Source: Felis catus (Eukaryota). From it: a DNA stretch of 64,000 nucleotides. The stretch covers positions 75,766,001 through 75,830,000 of the forward strand of contig NC_058368.1 in assembly GCF_018350175.1 (NCBI RefSeq). The letters run 5' to 3'. Shown in pieces: positions 24,236 through 37,138 of the stretch; the first letter of the stretch is position 1; each line of letters begins with the position of its first letter. Below the pieces are notes generated by a model that saw nothing but the letters and a program-made list of their open reading frames with translations, searched no databases and had not been told where the DNA came from. The position numbers and the translations under genes were made by a program.

Positions 24236-24428
24236 TTTTTTTTTAATGCTTATTTATCTTGAGAGAGAGAGACCGAGCATGGGAGAGGAACAGAGAGAGG
24301 GAGACACAGAATCCGAAGCAGGCTCCAGGCTCTGTGCTGACAGCTCAGCGGGGCTCGAACCCACAAACCGTGAGATCATGATATGAGCTGAAGTGGGTTG
24401 CTTAACTGACTGAGCCACCCAGGAGTCT
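24236..24428 (-). mobile_element. Can-SINE
   Basis: T-tail, (GA)n, gactgagccacccagg. Confidence 0.9.
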
Positions 24429-26568
24429 CATAATTGAGAATTTTAAGAAACCACAATGCTTAAGAAGAAAGCCTAAAATGTATTTACAGCTTTGTAAATA
24501 ACCTCTACGGTACTAACACAAAGAAGCCTCCCTGTATAGAGGAAAATAATAAAGTAGACAGCGTTTTCTAATGGACAACAGAAAAATGTATTACTAGACA
24601 TTTGTTTGAATGAGTTCAATTACTGACCTACCCTGGATCTATCTACTCTTATAGATCAAACTATTCTGATCTTAAAAGGTTTAACTTTGCTTTCCTAATT
24701 CATAGCTGTTTCCTATCCGATTGCCAGGTTTTTTTAAATGAAGGGATTGTGAGAATTTCCACACTGTTTTGGAAGCAGATGTAATCATGCTTCTCCCCCA
24801 GCATCTAAAAGGTGGCCTATAACCTAATTGGAAACTCTTGCATAGAGGAATTTCCTTTAAATAGCAATGAGTGGAGTATCTTCCTTTTTTTTTTCCTTGA
24901 ACAGCTGTAGAGTGTTAGCAAGAATAGTTTCACTTTATTTTCCCAAAATTTGTGCTAAGTGCTAATCAGATTACAAATTCAAATGATAAAATCAAGCTAA
25001 AGGGGAACCTTGAAAAACAAAATACAAGAGCAGTCTAGGCAGTGAACAAATAGCCTTAACCTTAAAATTATTATTTTTATAATGTGTACATAAAGAATAT
25101 TCACTTTTTCCATGAATCATAGTTGCCAGGGCCTTACCTCTCAAATGGAGATTAGACAACACAGTCTAATTAATTCCATGGCTGTTGGAGGCAAAAACTA
25201 TCAGATTGCAGGCAATGCATTAATTTGACTTTGCTTTTAAAGACAGCAACAAAAAATTTAAGACAAAAAGGAAGCTTTTGTTCTTCTATCGCAGTTGATT
25301 ATTTGGGGAATTTACCAATAGAATAATTTTGCTATTTTCCGCTTGTTGTTAAGTGCTTCTTCCCTCAATGCCTAGGTAGGCACAGAAATACCTTTGAAAG
25401 CTTGGGATATTGCCATTTCCTGTAAATGTAGCCACACAACGGTGTGAGGTCTAAAGGTTTGTTTCTTTTACATTTTGACAGCTTACATTACACCAGTCAG
25501 ACTAAAACCAACAGAGAAACGAAGGAAGGAGAGGGACTTTTGGTCACCCTCTTTCCTCCCTTGAAGCACATTAGAGGCTGTCTGAGTTCCCATCAAGGGC
25601 ATCTGAGCCTTAGGCATCATCTTTTATAAAGAACAGTCTGTCTTGTTAGATGGAGAAAGGGCACAGAATATGCCCCAATGTGCTTGCTTTCTATCCAACT
25701 TCCATGTGCATATTCTATGTCCTTGTTACTGCTCTAACTCCCCTCTTTCGCAGTAGATATGAGGGGGGCTGGATCCTTTTGCTTGATGTTGTCCTTGCTA
25801 CCCCATCAGTACTGACCAATTCCCGTAAGAACCCCTGTGCATCTACGGAGACTCTCTTAGCAAGCAGCACAGGGCACTGGAGCCAGGCATCCTCAGGAAA
25901 CCCCACTGTGCCCTGCTCCTTCCTCCAGCGTAACTCCATAGTCTGTGATTCCCAGTAGTTCGTTATGGTTTCTCTCTCTCCCTTTCAATTCTTCTTCTTT
26001 GAATAGTCACCTGGAACCTACTTATTTTTACAGCATCTCTCAAGTGGGCAAGCCACTCTAAGCCCAGTCTAAGCCGAAGTCTAAGTCAGTTATAGTTAGT
26101 TTCCCTTTCTTCTCTCCTTTCACGTTGAAGGTCAGTTTTGCTACATATACTATCAGCAACTATGCTGACTCTATTTCGATATGTTGTCTCTACTGAAATT
26201 CACCGTGTTGCTAAATATAGTGACATGATTTACCAATTGCCTAAAATATTCTAGTCTTTGTTTCAAGACCTCTGGCTTGATAGCATGGCTTTTAATGTTG
26301 GTTAACTCCAGAATCCAGCATCGAATGGAAGCACTAAAAGAGGGCTCAGGAAGTATTTGCGGAATGAGCTATGACGGATTTGGTTTCTAAGACCCCCTTG
26401 TGGCTTCTAGCAATGTTTTCTTCTTCTGTGGGTAGGATTCAGACCCTCTTTCCCTTTTCTCCAGGTCCTTGAGAGCTGGGATTTTTAAGATTGAATAGAT
26501 GGTCATCTAATGAAACCGTCGTTTGCTTTTTCATTTTCTTTTATTTTGGTTGTTTTGCTACTTCTCAC

Positions 26569-26798
26569 TTTTTTATTTAAAAATTTTTAATGTTTATTTA
26601 TTTTTGAGAGAGAGAGAGAGAGAGAGACCGAGTGTGAGTGGGGGAGGGGCAGAGACAGAGGGAGACACAGAATCCGAAGCAGGCTCCAGGCTCTGAGCTG
26701 TCAGCACAGAGCCCGATGTGGGGCTCGAACTCACGAGCCATGAGATCATGACCTGAGTTGAAGTTGGATGCTTAACCACCTGTGCCATCTAGGCGCCC
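26569..26798 (-). mobile_element. Can-SINE
   Basis: Full-length antisense copy. Confidence 0.95.
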
Positions 26799-27397
26799 AT
26801 TCTTACTCTTTATTTTAATACTGATTCTGAAGTAGCTATAACAGAGGCCAGAGGAAAAGCATTTCTCTACCAGCTTGTTGCCCAGATTCATGTTAGTATT
26901 CTTATTGTCCCAGAGATGCCTGCCTGAGAGAATGAAAAAACAGGACTCAGGACTCAGGTCATCAAAGGCAAGAATCAATAACCAACACACATTAATGAGA
27001 AGGTTTAGCAATTAATTCACATGCATTGACGCTCATATTTGAATATATCATGGAATTATATTGTAGTACTCCTAACTGCTAAATGACATTTGCTTTATTT
27101 TAATGCTAAAATGCCTGAGACCTTTTAGGGAGATCAGAATCAGTGGTAGGCTATGCAACTATCCTAAAATTAAAGGCTTGCTTCAGATAATCCCAACGCT
27201 GGTAAATGATAGCTAAATTGCTCTCATTCATCACCTCTAAAGACCGAGTATATTAAAATAGCATGTGGAGGCTGTGAATCTCAGTCCAAATCATAGATGT
27301 GTAAGAATATTCCATCTTTCTGTTTTCTGTGGTATCAGTTGAATTTTGAGGTTAATAAAGTACTGTTCTTAATTTCAAAGTCTCATAGAGTGCAAAA

Positions 27398-27423
27398 GTG
27401 TGTGTGTGTGTGTGTGTGTGTGT
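27398..27423. repeat. (GT)n microsatellite
   Basis: Direct reading. Confidence 0.9.
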
Positions 27424-28068
27424 ATTTTATCCCACAGGCAGGGAGATCAGTGATCATGGGTGTCCTATTCAGAATAACATCACAATAATAATCACTTTGT
27501 TTCCCTTATCCATCACAACTCCTGCCTGTTTCTGAGCCAGACTGGGTACCGAAACTTTTTTGTGAGGTTTACCTATTCATGATCCTCCCTGGCCACCAAA
27601 AATAAGCCATACGAGGATTCCCACTGTTCAGTGCTCTTTTCTTTCCCTTTGCCTGAAGAATCACTCTCACTCCAATCTGCTGGTTTGGTGTCAGCCTGTT
27701 TTTCCCAGCAAACTGCTTCCTACACTTCAAACGCTGTACGTGCAACTCTAGGCTTAGGTTTTGAAAACACATAAGGAACAACTGTGGGTAATTTGTGCCC
27801 AGATGAAGAAAGAAAAGACAAAATGCTAACTGAAGAAATTAATGCCTCAAAGCACCATTCATCCACAGTTAAAATGGAAACGGAACATTTACCTTTCTAG
27901 TCTACGTGCTTGCTTTGGTCATGCTGGTCACTGCTCTGTGTTTCATAAGCAACCAACCCAAATTAGCGTATTTCAATTACTAGAACTTAGAGTGTGGGGA
28001 AATAAAGGGGAAAAGAGCAAAGCAAAAATATGCTCTAATTCTGCCCTGCTAATGAAAATAGCAATCTT

Positions 28069-28283
28069 GGGGCGCCCGGGTGGCTCAGTCAGTAAAGCAT
28101 CCGACTTCAGCTCAGGTCATGGTCTCACAGTTGGTGAGTTTGAGCCCCGTGTCAGGCTCTGGGCTGACAGCTCAGAGCCTGGAGCCTGCTTTGGATTCTG
28201 TGTCTCTGTCTCTCTTTGCCCCTCCCCCACTCATGCTTTGTCTCTCTCTCTCTGTGACTCAAAAATAAACACTAAAAAATTTC
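28069..28283 (+). mobile_element. Can-SINE
   Basis: Head and tail; degenerate TSD atagcaatctt/atagccatctt. Confidence 0.95.
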
Positions 28284-28322
28284 AAATATAGCCATCTTTA
28301 TGACTAATGTCTAATATAATTG

Positions 28323-28558
28323 TTTATTTATTTATTTATTTACTTATTTATTTATTAATGTTTATTTTATTTTTGAGACAGAGAGAGACACAGCATGAAC
28401 GGGGGAGGGTCAGAGGGAGGGAGACGCAGGATCTGAAGCAGGCTCCAGGCTCTGAGCTGTCAGCACAGAGCCCGACTCGGGGCTCGAACTCATGGACCGC
28501 GAGATCATGACCTGAGCCGAAGTCAGACGCTCAACCGACTGAGCCACCCAGGCGCCCC
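28323..28558 (-). mobile_element. Can-SINE
   Basis: TSD taatataattg; (TTTA)n tail. Confidence 0.95.
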
Positions 28559-28978
28559 TAATATAATTGCTTAAAGTATAATGTAATTTAATGCAAGATC
28601 AAGTACTAATTTCCTACAAAGAAGAAGTCTGACACCAGATCTGAATTGATGGACTGATTGATTCCAAATTTGACCACGAGGACACCCAATAAGATGTGAA
28701 TGGATTAGTGAGAAAAAATCATTGCCAGCAAAATAACTAAAAATATATTCTACAGAACAATGGGCAATAGCCAATAATATCATCATACTAAAATAATGGC
28801 ACATATACTTATGATGTAAGATGTGAATGAATAATTCCAGTGACTTAAAACTTCTTCAAGCATGTAGTGAAGTAATCAAAACTCTACAAAATAGTAATTG
28901 TTAAAACTATCTCCAATCCTGGTTAGGTCACTTCCTGTGATGTTATTTTGTGCATCAGGCTTCTGATTTTTGTTTTAC

Positions 28979-29193
28979 TTTTTTTAAGTTTATTTATTTA
29001 TTTTGAGAGACAGAGAGAGAGGGAGCATGAGCAGGGCAGAGGCAGAGAGAGAGGGGGAAGGAGAGATTCCCAAGCAGGCTCTGCACTACCAGCATGGAGC
29101 CTGATGCAGGGCTTGAACTCATGAATCACAAGATCATGACCTGAGCTGAAATCAAGGGTCAGATGTTTAACCAACTGAGCCACCCAGGTGCCC
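28979..29193 (-). mobile_element. Can-SINE (older subfamily)
   Basis: gagattcccaagcaggctc...gagccacccaggtgccc. Confidence 0.95.
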
Positions 29194-29263
29194 AGTTTTT
29201 TTTTTTTTTTTTTTTAGAAGCGTTAATAAACAAAATTACTGACAGTGTCTGAGGTTAAGTTCT

Positions 29264-29508
29264 GGGGGCATCTGGGTGGCTCAGTCGGTTAAGCGTCCGA
29301 CTTCGGCTCGGGTCATGGTCTCTCGGTTCGTGGGTTCAAGCCCCGCATCGAGCTCTGTGCTGACAGCTCAGAGCCTGGAGCCTTCCAGGCTTCCAATTCT
29401 GTGTGTGTGTCTCTCTCTCTCTCTGTTTCTCCCCCACTCACATTCACATTCTCTCTCTCTCTCTCTCTCTCTCAAAAATTAATAAAGCTTAAAAAATATT
29501 AAAAAAAA
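29264..29508 (+). mobile_element. Can-SINE
   Basis: Head, (CT)n, A-tail. Confidence 0.95.
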
Positions 29509-30857
29509 GAATAGTAAGTTCCGTATAAAAGTTGGCTAATAGTCTAACCAGCTTACAAATAGTCTGCAGGAAAAAAAAAAAGACTATTACAGAGCCTTTG
29601 TATAAATGAAAAAAGGAGGTATCACTAAGTGATACCTCAGCCTGCATGGCTAGCCTGGGTAGCTATCAAATCCTTTAAAGGAAGTGTGGCCCCATTGTTC
29701 TGTGGCTAGAACTCTACCTGAACCCTAGCTGTTTTCACCCAAGCCAAATGTTGAGCTCCCACTGGAAAGAAACAAAACCTGGCGCCATTTTGGATGTTAC
29801 AATTTGGAGAAGGGAGTTCTCCAATAAATGTCAATAAAAAAATGACATTCTAATATAGCTAGTTGTGGGACCAGAAATCCTTTCCTAATCAAACACCGTC
29901 CCCTCAGCCTGAGAATAGAAACATCTTTGAATTGCATGGTATGTTCTTCATTCTCCTTGGAGACCGGGGATGAGTCAGACATGCGCACCTTTGACCCAAG
30001 AGGGCGAGGCATGCTTCGCCAACACCTGGACAACCGACTTTCTGTCCTCTTTCTTTCCTTCCTCTTTCTTCCAAATATTTGGTAGTGGGAGTGCACACAA
30101 TCAGAGCCCTGCCGGTTTCTCCATTACCCCTCCCTCAAATAAAAGAGGTTCCTGGTTGACTTTGTGAGCGGCCCTCCCTGACCCCCGTGCTCTGCTTGGG
30201 CCCCAGAGCTCAGATTCCCTGGAAAAGCAACCATGCAATAGAACCAGGTGTGGTGCCTGACATACGGCTAGAAAGAAAATGTGCATCTCAAACTCTCACC
30301 TAATGAGTTTAAAAAGGAATTTGTCATTTGCTATCAAAGGTAGTCATGATCTGATGATGCTACTAGCTTTAGAAAACCTTTTGTCAAAAAGAGGAACGAA
30401 AAGAAGTAAATAATTGTGTGGGTCACACATATGAAAACCCACCTAAGGTATTAAGCAGAGTGTTAGCTATGAAAGCCCAATGATGTTAATGGAAAACATA
30501 CCAACACGGTCCCTCTGTTTGGGAGAATGTCCTTGGCCATGTTTGGAATTCTTTTAAAAATGTGGAGGGAAACATTTAAAGACTTTAGGGACTGTTTTTA
30601 TTTTTGCCAACGTGTTACCTTTAATTCCCCCCAAAATGCAAAAAGTTGTTCCAAAAACAACACAGAGTTTTAGAACATTCACCTGTTTCTATAAAAAAAA
30701 AAAAAGTAATATTTTGATCAAGTGAAAGTATATATGAATTCATTAAATTTACCATTTACATCATCTTAAAATGTACATATTGCACTTTAGGAAAAAGTTA
30801 TATGGAAATTGCATTACATCAAGCGAAATAAATGTTTGCTGTTAAGAATAAATTTCA

Positions 30858-30983
30858 GGGGCACCTGGATGGCTTGGTAGGTGAAGCATCTGACCCTTGA
30901 TTTCGGCCCAGGTCATGATCTCACGGTTCATGGGATCAAGCCCCACTTCAGGTTCTATGCTGACAGTGTAGAGCCTGCTTGGG

Positions 30984-31026
<43 letters not shown>

Positions 31027-31100
31027 GCCTTTCCCCCAATTGTGCTGTTCTATTTCTCCTTCCCTCTCTGTCCATATGAATAAATAAACCTTATAAAAGA
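30858..31100 (+). mobile_element. Can-SINE with expanded (CT)n
   Basis: TSD aagaata(a/c)atttca. Confidence 0.95.
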
Positions 31101-31660
31101 AAGAATACATTTCATATTTCACCCATAGCATAATACAGTTGCTACATGATTTGGGGTGATTGATATACAGCTCACATAAGGATTTCTAGGCCTACTTCTG
31201 TCTTCTCTTTTTGTGGAAGGTACACAGTAAAAAATGTATACATGGAAGGAAACTTCGGGTATCAAGTATCAAACAAGAACATTCGAACTTACACAACAAT
31301 TATCTCTGTGTAAAGCAGTTTTCTAAGTGCTTTCGTTTTTAGGAAATGCTTACTTATAGAATGTTGACTTCTCCTATTAGAAGTTAAGCCTCATCTGCCT
31401 TATCCATGTTTCTATAAATAACGGCAGGGCTGCCCCATTTTCTCACTGAAACACACCTGCCCACCAGTAGTCGCAAACATGCTTGTCTTCCTCGGCACCT
31501 TCTTAGGCATGAATCCCCCTGCCCTGCAAGCCCTAAGCAGCCCCTACATCTGCCCCTCGAAGCAATATTCCAAGTTCATCAGGAGGCTTTTCTCTTCTCC
31601 AAAACCATGCTCTCCCCTGCATCCCCAGGCACAGATGTATGCTTTTGTGTTTTTTTCTAA

Positions 31661-31840
31661 GTTTTTTAATGTTTATTTTTGAGACAGAGAGAGCGTGCGC
31701 GCGCACATGAGTGGGGTAGGGGCAGAGAGCAAGGGAGACAGAATCCAAAGCAGGCTCCAGACTCTGAGCTGTCAGCACAGAGCCCGACGCGGGGCTCGAA
31801 CCCACACACCGTGACATCATGACCTGACCCGGGGTCAGAC
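31661..31840 (-). mobile_element. 5'-truncated Can-SINE
   Basis: Body and tail present; A-box head missing. Confidence 0.9.
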
Positions 31841-33784
31841 AGATGTGTGCTTTTTCACCTGTTTCCCCCTCCACCTGTCCTGTGATTAATTTCAAGTCAC
31901 TACTGTTTGTCCCCGAGCCACAGAGTGACTCCCTTGAAGGTAGTTTCTTCTTTACCTGAATAGCCCCTCGGCCAAATATAGCCTCTATTTAGCATCTGGA
32001 ATATAGTAGGTGCTTAGTAAATGTTCATTATAATAGTGAACAGTCAAGGCACGCGCTAAGACATTCCCAAACTAAGTAAGGCTGAATTAGAAGAAGATTT
32101 ATACCTCATTACCTTCCAAGAGAAAATTTACATTTCAGACGCGAACTATTTTGTTTGTGCTCTGGGAAGCTTACAGTTAAGTCATTCTCAAATGTAAAAG
32201 CAGCCTTTGGCTTTTCCTTCTACTGTCAGTCATGAAGCAGGAAGTAAATGCAGGTAATCAAGATTCATTTTTGTTTCTAAAACTCCTCTCAGGCTGACCA
32301 AACTGGAGCTTTTGCTTGAATGGCATCTTTCTGGGGGGTCGAGACGTACGTAAATTCTAATCCATATTTTTCTTAACCAGTGAGCACTCGGTGCATATTT
32401 CATGAGCGGCGTTTAAGGGTGCCTTGCTGTCTTTTAGTAGAGAAAACGCCAAATATTTGTGTCTCATGTAGCTCGATGCAACTGTGCCAATAAATGACTT
32501 GGAGTCTTGTCAAGCTGTGAACCCTGCGACACTCCCCCTTCCCTCCTTCAAGCATTTACACCCAGGCTTCACGGGCTTAATGAAATTTTCTAAGAGAAGC
32601 TTGGCTTGCTTTTCATCGTAAGATGTTGGATTTTTTTTTTTTTTTTGATGCTGTGTGTCTGTACAAAGATTGGCTTTTCACGTGCATAGTAGGAAATGAA
32701 AGCAGACATTCACCACCTTTGAGTTTCTTAGAGCCGCCGTTTGGTGCCTAAGTTGCTCATATTCTTAAATGAATTACATTCCCAACTGCTGAAAAGTAAA
32801 AGGTTCCCTGGAGACACAAGGGGGAAATTGTGAGTTTCTCCATGAGCTCCCCTGGGACACTTCCCTTTACTCGGTCAGCATAGAATAGACTGATCACAGA
32901 AAATAAGGTATATCATTTCTTACTTGAGTAGTTTTATTCGTTTCCTTGGGGGCCTTGCCGATCTGAAGGAGTCTCCTCTCTGTCATGGTAGCTAGGGCCC
33001 AAGAACCCGGAGGCTGCTAAGCGGCTGTCACCCTTCTCAACTCAAGACCCACTTAATTTTTCCTTTGAATGGCCCGGAGGGTCCCCAATGTTCCATGTAC
33101 AGTCAAAATCAGACGAGGCTCTCGCAAAATGGTGATCGGCTCTAGAATCCACTGCTGTTGCTAAAATACAGCATTTGGAATATACTTAAATGGGCAAATA
33201 TTAGCGACTTCGAGTCTTACGATTCCCTAGTCTAGGAATCTCTTATACTATGGTCGAGAAGGCAGAAGTTAATGGCGTTTCCTTAGGATGGATCCTTCTC
33301 TCCTGGGCATCACAGGGCCTGCCACGCCTTCCTGGTTGTTCTGTACACTTGGCATAAACAAAAATGCAGTCAGCATTCTCTTGAAATGTTTTCCCTGGTC
33401 ATTCTTTTTTTGTATTATTCATGGTCTCCATACTTCCATTATTTGTACGTAAGCTGAGAAATCGCAAAGGTTTCCTCCTGAACTGATCAATGGATCTGAT
33501 GCCAAAATAGGGGGGCATTAGCCCTGGAAAAAAACCCACTAGAACCAAGGCCTCCCTTCCCCATCTCTCCCACCCTTGCACTTTCAGAGGCTAGCAGGGT
33601 CTGGTTCCATTATGTTCACCTCCTGGACCCTGAGTGGTGAGAATGTGCTCCTTCAGAGTTCAACTTCTGTACCGAGAGACAGGAACCAGCATATCAGATC
33701 TGGGCCAGCCATCCCTTCATCCAGACTTTAGCACTGCATCCAGAAAGCCTCCCGTTTATCCTGCAGACATTCTAGAAGGTGTTC

Positions 33785-33973
33785 TTTTTTTTAAAAAAAT
33801 TCATTTTTGAGAGAGTGCAAGCAGGGAAGGGGGGGGGGGGCGGGACAGAAGATCCAAAGTGGGCTCCATGCTGACAGCAGCGACCCTGATGTGGGCCTCA
33901 AACTCATGAACTGTGAGATCATAACCTGAGCCGAAGTCAGGTGCTGAACCGACTGAGCCACCCAGGTGCTCCC
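33785..33973 (-). mobile_element. Can-SINE
   Basis: 16-bp TSD tctagaaggtgttctt. Confidence 0.95.
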
Positions 33974-34240
33974 TCTAGAAGGTGTTCTTGAAACAGCAGT
34001 ATCTCATGGCCCCCATTAATTAGGAAGAAATTTTGCCAGATGACTCCTACACAAGAATCCCTGCAGAACAGGAACCCAGTGAGGACCAGGCCCCTACTCT
34101 CGCTCCACACTCTGGCTGAGCCACACGCTCACAAATTCGCTCCTAGTTCTAAGCATTTGTCAGCCCCCATCTTACAAAGGACTGATTATCTTTTAGAGGA
34201 CTACCTCTAATCTTATTTTTTTTCAGTTTCTTTTTATTTC

Positions 34241-34487
34241 CTTTTAAAGTTTATTTATTTTTATTTTTTTAATGTTTATTTATTTTTGAGATAGAGAGGG
34301 ACAGAGTGTGAGTGGGGGAGGGGCTAACAGAGAAGGAGACACAGAATCCGACGCAGGCTCCAGGCTCCGAGCTATCAGCACAGAGCCCGACGCGGGGCTC
34401 GAACCCACGAACCGTGAGATCATGACCTGAGCTAAAGTTGGAAGTGTAACCAACTGAGCCACCCAGGGTACCCGAAGTTTATTTGTT

Positions 34488-34530
<43 letters not shown>

Positions 34531-34640
34531 CTTAAGTCAGCCCAGAGCCCAACATAGGGCTCGAACTCAGGAACCACTGAGATCATGACCTGAGCCAAAA
34601 TCAAGTCAGAGGCTTCACTGACTGAGCCACCCAGTGCCCC
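34241..34640 (-). mobile_element. Two nested Can-SINEs (34257-34473 inserted in the tail of an older copy)
   Basis: TSD aagtttattt at 34247-34256 and 34475-34484. Confidence 0.9.
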
Positions 34641-35342
34641 TCACACTCATTCTCTCTCTCTCTCTTTCTTTTTAAAATACCTTCCCTTTTAAAATATTTA
34701 TATCTATCCCTACATTATATTCATTTCAACCAAGTCATTAAAGAGAGAGATGTTGCCTTCCTTGTGCTCGGTGTGGTATCCAGCCCTCTCCATCGGTGAC
34801 TCCACTGACCGGTGACAATGGCACCTGTTCATGTGGAATTGAGACGGTTTGCAAGGTTAGTTTCTTAAAATCATCGTTTTTTTTTTTTTTTTCCAACAAA
34901 CAAACAAACAAGCAAAGAAACCAGACCATTTGTAAGTTTCAAAATAAACCTCAGGTCAGCAGGGATAGTTAGAATTTTCCTGGTTGATTCCCAACCAACA
35001 CGGACGCATGCACATTGCTTACGGGTTTTTCTCACGGTCTGCACCAGCATTTCCAGAGATTGTTTCTGAGGCAACCGGAAGCAAGATGGCTTGTCCTCCA
35101 ATTCAATGCCTATCGTTTATATTTGGTGGTATTCTGAAGATTTTCTGGGTTTTCACCTTTTTTACAATTAGTAGGCTCAAAATTTCATTCTAGAGTAACT
35201 TTTAGTTCACAGTACAAATGGGAAATGGGTTTTCTCTTTCACAGCGTGGGACCTAAGTTTGTCAGAGGTCCAACTTTGCTCAGCACACACTGTCCCCAAT
35301 CCTGCACGCATATACCCCTGTTGTGCCACAGGGGAGGGAGCC

Positions 35343-35762
35343 TGTGTTAGCTTCCTGTGGCTGCTGTGCCAGTCCCCACAAACCTGGTGGCTTAAAACAA
35401 CAGAAATGTATTCTTTCCGAGTCTGGGGGTTGGACGTCCAAAATCAGCATCTCTGAGCTGAAACCATGATGTCGCAAAGCTGACACTCCTTCCAGAGGCT
35501 CTAGGGAGAATCTGTCCCTTGTGTTTTCCAGATTCTGGAGGCTGTTGATAATCTGCCTCCCTGTTCCCCTCACCTTCTCCTCTGTCTCTCTCAGGTGACA
35601 GCATTAAGGACCTACCTGGATAATCGAGGATCATCTCCCCAAATCAGGATGCTTAATCACATTTGCAAAGACCCTTTTCTTTTTTTCCAAATGAGGTGGC
35701 ATTTATAGATTCAAGGGATTAGGATCTGATCTCTTTGGGGGCACGTTATTCAGCCTATTATA
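35343..35762 (-). mobile_element. MLT1C/D-like solo LTR
   Basis: tgtgttagcttcctgtggctgctg...ggtggcttaaaacaacagaaatgtattct...cttaatcacatttgcaaagacc...ttattcagcctattata. Confidence 0.85.
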
Positions 35763-36426
35763 GAGGTGTAAAGAAAGAGGGTAGAAACCAAAGAGGCGAT
35801 TTACAAAAACCTCCTTGGGACACTGAAAGCATTGGCTGTGTTACTGCCAGATGTGTTTGCAACACGGGAGACAATGCCTGTGATTCTGGCAGCAACCACT
35901 TTGGCATCGGCAGGAGAGATTTCAGATCCGCACATCAAACATGAGAAGCCTCAGAGCAGCTATCAGCTGGCATTAACAAGTCTCATACGGACGGCGGCAG
36001 CCATAATTAGGCTGGGCCTTGGCAAGGGTACCTCTTTTGTCGGACCGCACAGTGGCAAAGGCATAATTGATAGATATTAGTGGCACAGCTTCCAATTTCA
36101 GGCCTCGGAATCAAGAGCACACATTATGACAGTGATTCAGAGGAAGCGAGGAAAAATAGGAAACACGAAACGGAAAACAAGAGAACCAGCTTACGGAGCA
36201 CTAACGAGACCCCTCGGACACACATATTCTAAGGAGGAGGTTCCAAAACTATTTGCAAGGATTTTGAAGGACCCTCTCCTTCCATTCCAAGGTCTTTCAT
36301 CAAGTATGAAACCCTCTACACGGTAAGAAATCCAACCCAAGAATGAGATCGTTACATTGGAATTTTTAACCCCAGAGCCTTGCACATAATAGGTGCTCAA
36401 TAAACGTGTCTAAAAAGGAACAATTA

Positions 36427-36628
36427 GGGCACCTGGGTGTCTCAGTCAGTTAAGCGTCTGACTCTTGGTTTCGGCTCAGGTCATGATCTCACAGTTTATG
36501 GTTTCCAGCCCCGCACCGGGCTCTGCGTTGGCAGTATGGAGCCTGCTTGGAATTCTCTCTCTCCATTTCTCTCTGCTTCTCTCTCTGTCTCTCTCTCTCT
36601 CAAAATAAATAAATAAATAAACATTTTT
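36427..36628 (+). mobile_element. Can-SINE
   Basis: TSD aaaaaggaa(c/t)aatt. Confidence 0.95.
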
Positions 36629-36862
36629 AAAAAGGAATAATTGAATATCTATGTTCATTTGCATTACTGATTAATAGGCAAGGCTCTGGGATTGGTGAAT
36701 CCTTAATCCAATTTTCAGTTCCCCAAAGATAGAAATATTTGACACTCTGAGTAAAACTTTCTAAACCTCAATTCTCATCACAGCTAAATCATAGATAATA
36801 ACATAACTTCCCTCACACAAACTCCAAAATGCCCTTTGAAATCTTTTTCATCATGGGGAATG

Positions 36863-36883
36863 CCCTCTCCCTTTCTTTCTTTT

Positions 36884-36927
<44 letters not shown>

Positions 36928-37138
36928 TTCTTTTCTTTCTTTCTTTCTTTCTTTTCTTTCTTTCTCTTTTTATTTCTTTCCTTTTTTTCTTTTTCTTTCT
37001 TTCTTTCTTTCCTTTCTTTTCTCTTTCTCTCTTTCTCTTTCTTTCTCTTATTCTTTTTCTTTCTTTATCTTCCTTTTGCTCTTTCTTTCTTTCTTTCTTC
37101 TCTCTCTCTTTCTTTCTTTCTTTTTTTTTTTCCTCCTC
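36863..37138. repeat. (TTTC)n-rich polypyrimidine tract
   Basis: ~270 nt almost only C/T. Confidence 0.95.

Noticed and set aside
32046..32055. miR-124-like AAGGCACGCG
   Set aside because: Only 10 nt match; the rest of the mature sequence and a hairpin are absent.
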